Shown: one piece after another, positions 34,812-35,052 of the stretch
Position numbering within the stretch: the stretch's first letter is position 1
Layout: each line of letters begins with the position of its first letter
Virus record (IMG/VR): IMGVR_UViG_3300047283_000060
Coordinates: 1 to 35,052 of that record
Reading direction: 5' to 3' (one strand)
Length of the DNA: 35,052 nucleotides
Source of the DNA: a virus
Lineage: Duplodnaviria; Caudoviricetes
Notes under the pieces: generated by a model
Told to the model about the DNA's origin: nothing
Database searches by the model: none
What the model saw: the letters and a program-made list of their open reading frames with translations, nothing else
Program-made: the position numbers and the translations under genes

Positions 34812-34883
34812 TATAGCATAGAAGTTGACGATAAATCACTTCTATGCTATAATACATTTTCTTTCAACAAAACGGAGTTTTTT
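34812..34883 (+). promoter_or_regulatory. repeated early promoter element, copy E
   Basis: 14-bp perfect arms TATAGCATAGAAGT/ACTTCTATGCTATA; TTGACG-17 bp-TATAAT; leader identical to copy C. Confidence 0.88.
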
Positions 34884-35052
34884 ATGACTTACAATGCAAA
34901 ATATACAATGCCAAGAAATACAGTAAAAGCTGACACTTGGAGCGTCCAAATGCAAAACGAAGCATCTACTGAAACAATCACGTTAAACTGTGACTTAACA
35001 ATAAACCAAGAAAAGTTTATTGCATTGACAGAAAAACTTGCAGAGTTTTTGC
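34884..35052 (+). CDS. early hypothetical protein, truncated by window end
   Basis: MTYNAKYTMPRN... open to the end; GGAG SD. Confidence 0.65.
   Translation, partial: MTYNAKYTMPRNTVKADTWSVQMQNEASTETITLNCDLTINQEKFIALTEKLAEFL

Noticed and set aside
651-34853. Repeated palindromic elements as a CRISPR array
   Set aside because: Copies are separated by whole genes of variable length, contain -35/-10 boxes, and no cas genes are present
1-35052. Window being an exactly circular complete genome
   Set aside because: Both ends lie in the same early region, but I see no terminal overlap and the ORF fragment at 1-57 gains no plausible start on joining, so a gap probably remains
1-35052. Stop-codon reassignment (checked genes end in TAA or TGA, not TAG)
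   Set aside because: Genes are intact and densely packed under the standard code; TAG scarcity is ordinary in AT-rich phages

Overview
The window is most or all of a small (~35 kb), AT-rich tailed dsDNA phage genome of siphovirus type. One long minus-strand block (33660->2731) encodes, in order: Prim-Pol and a DUF3987 helicase-like protein, a candidate origin, small DNA-binding proteins, terS/terL, HNH, portal, scaffold, major capsid, neck and tail genes with a lambda-type G-GGA-AAG frameshift, tape measure, tail tip, two adaptor-fibre-propeller modules, a holin-like gene and Dps. A plus-strand early region is split across both window ends and is built of small genes, each unit behind a repeated sigma70 promoter embedded in a covarying hairpin. 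The most notable signal is a T4-late-promoter-like motif, (A)TAAATA(CA), upstream of about ten minus-strand units, although no sigma factor, RNA polymerase, replicative DNA polymerase, endolysin, integrase or repressor is recognisable. This suggests, as a hypothesis, a virion-forming phage that borrows late transcription and perhaps lysis from a larger helper phage. A structured ~175-nt late ncRNA candidate and several small cis-acting RNA motifs are also present. All protein calls come from motif reading and synteny, not from database searches.
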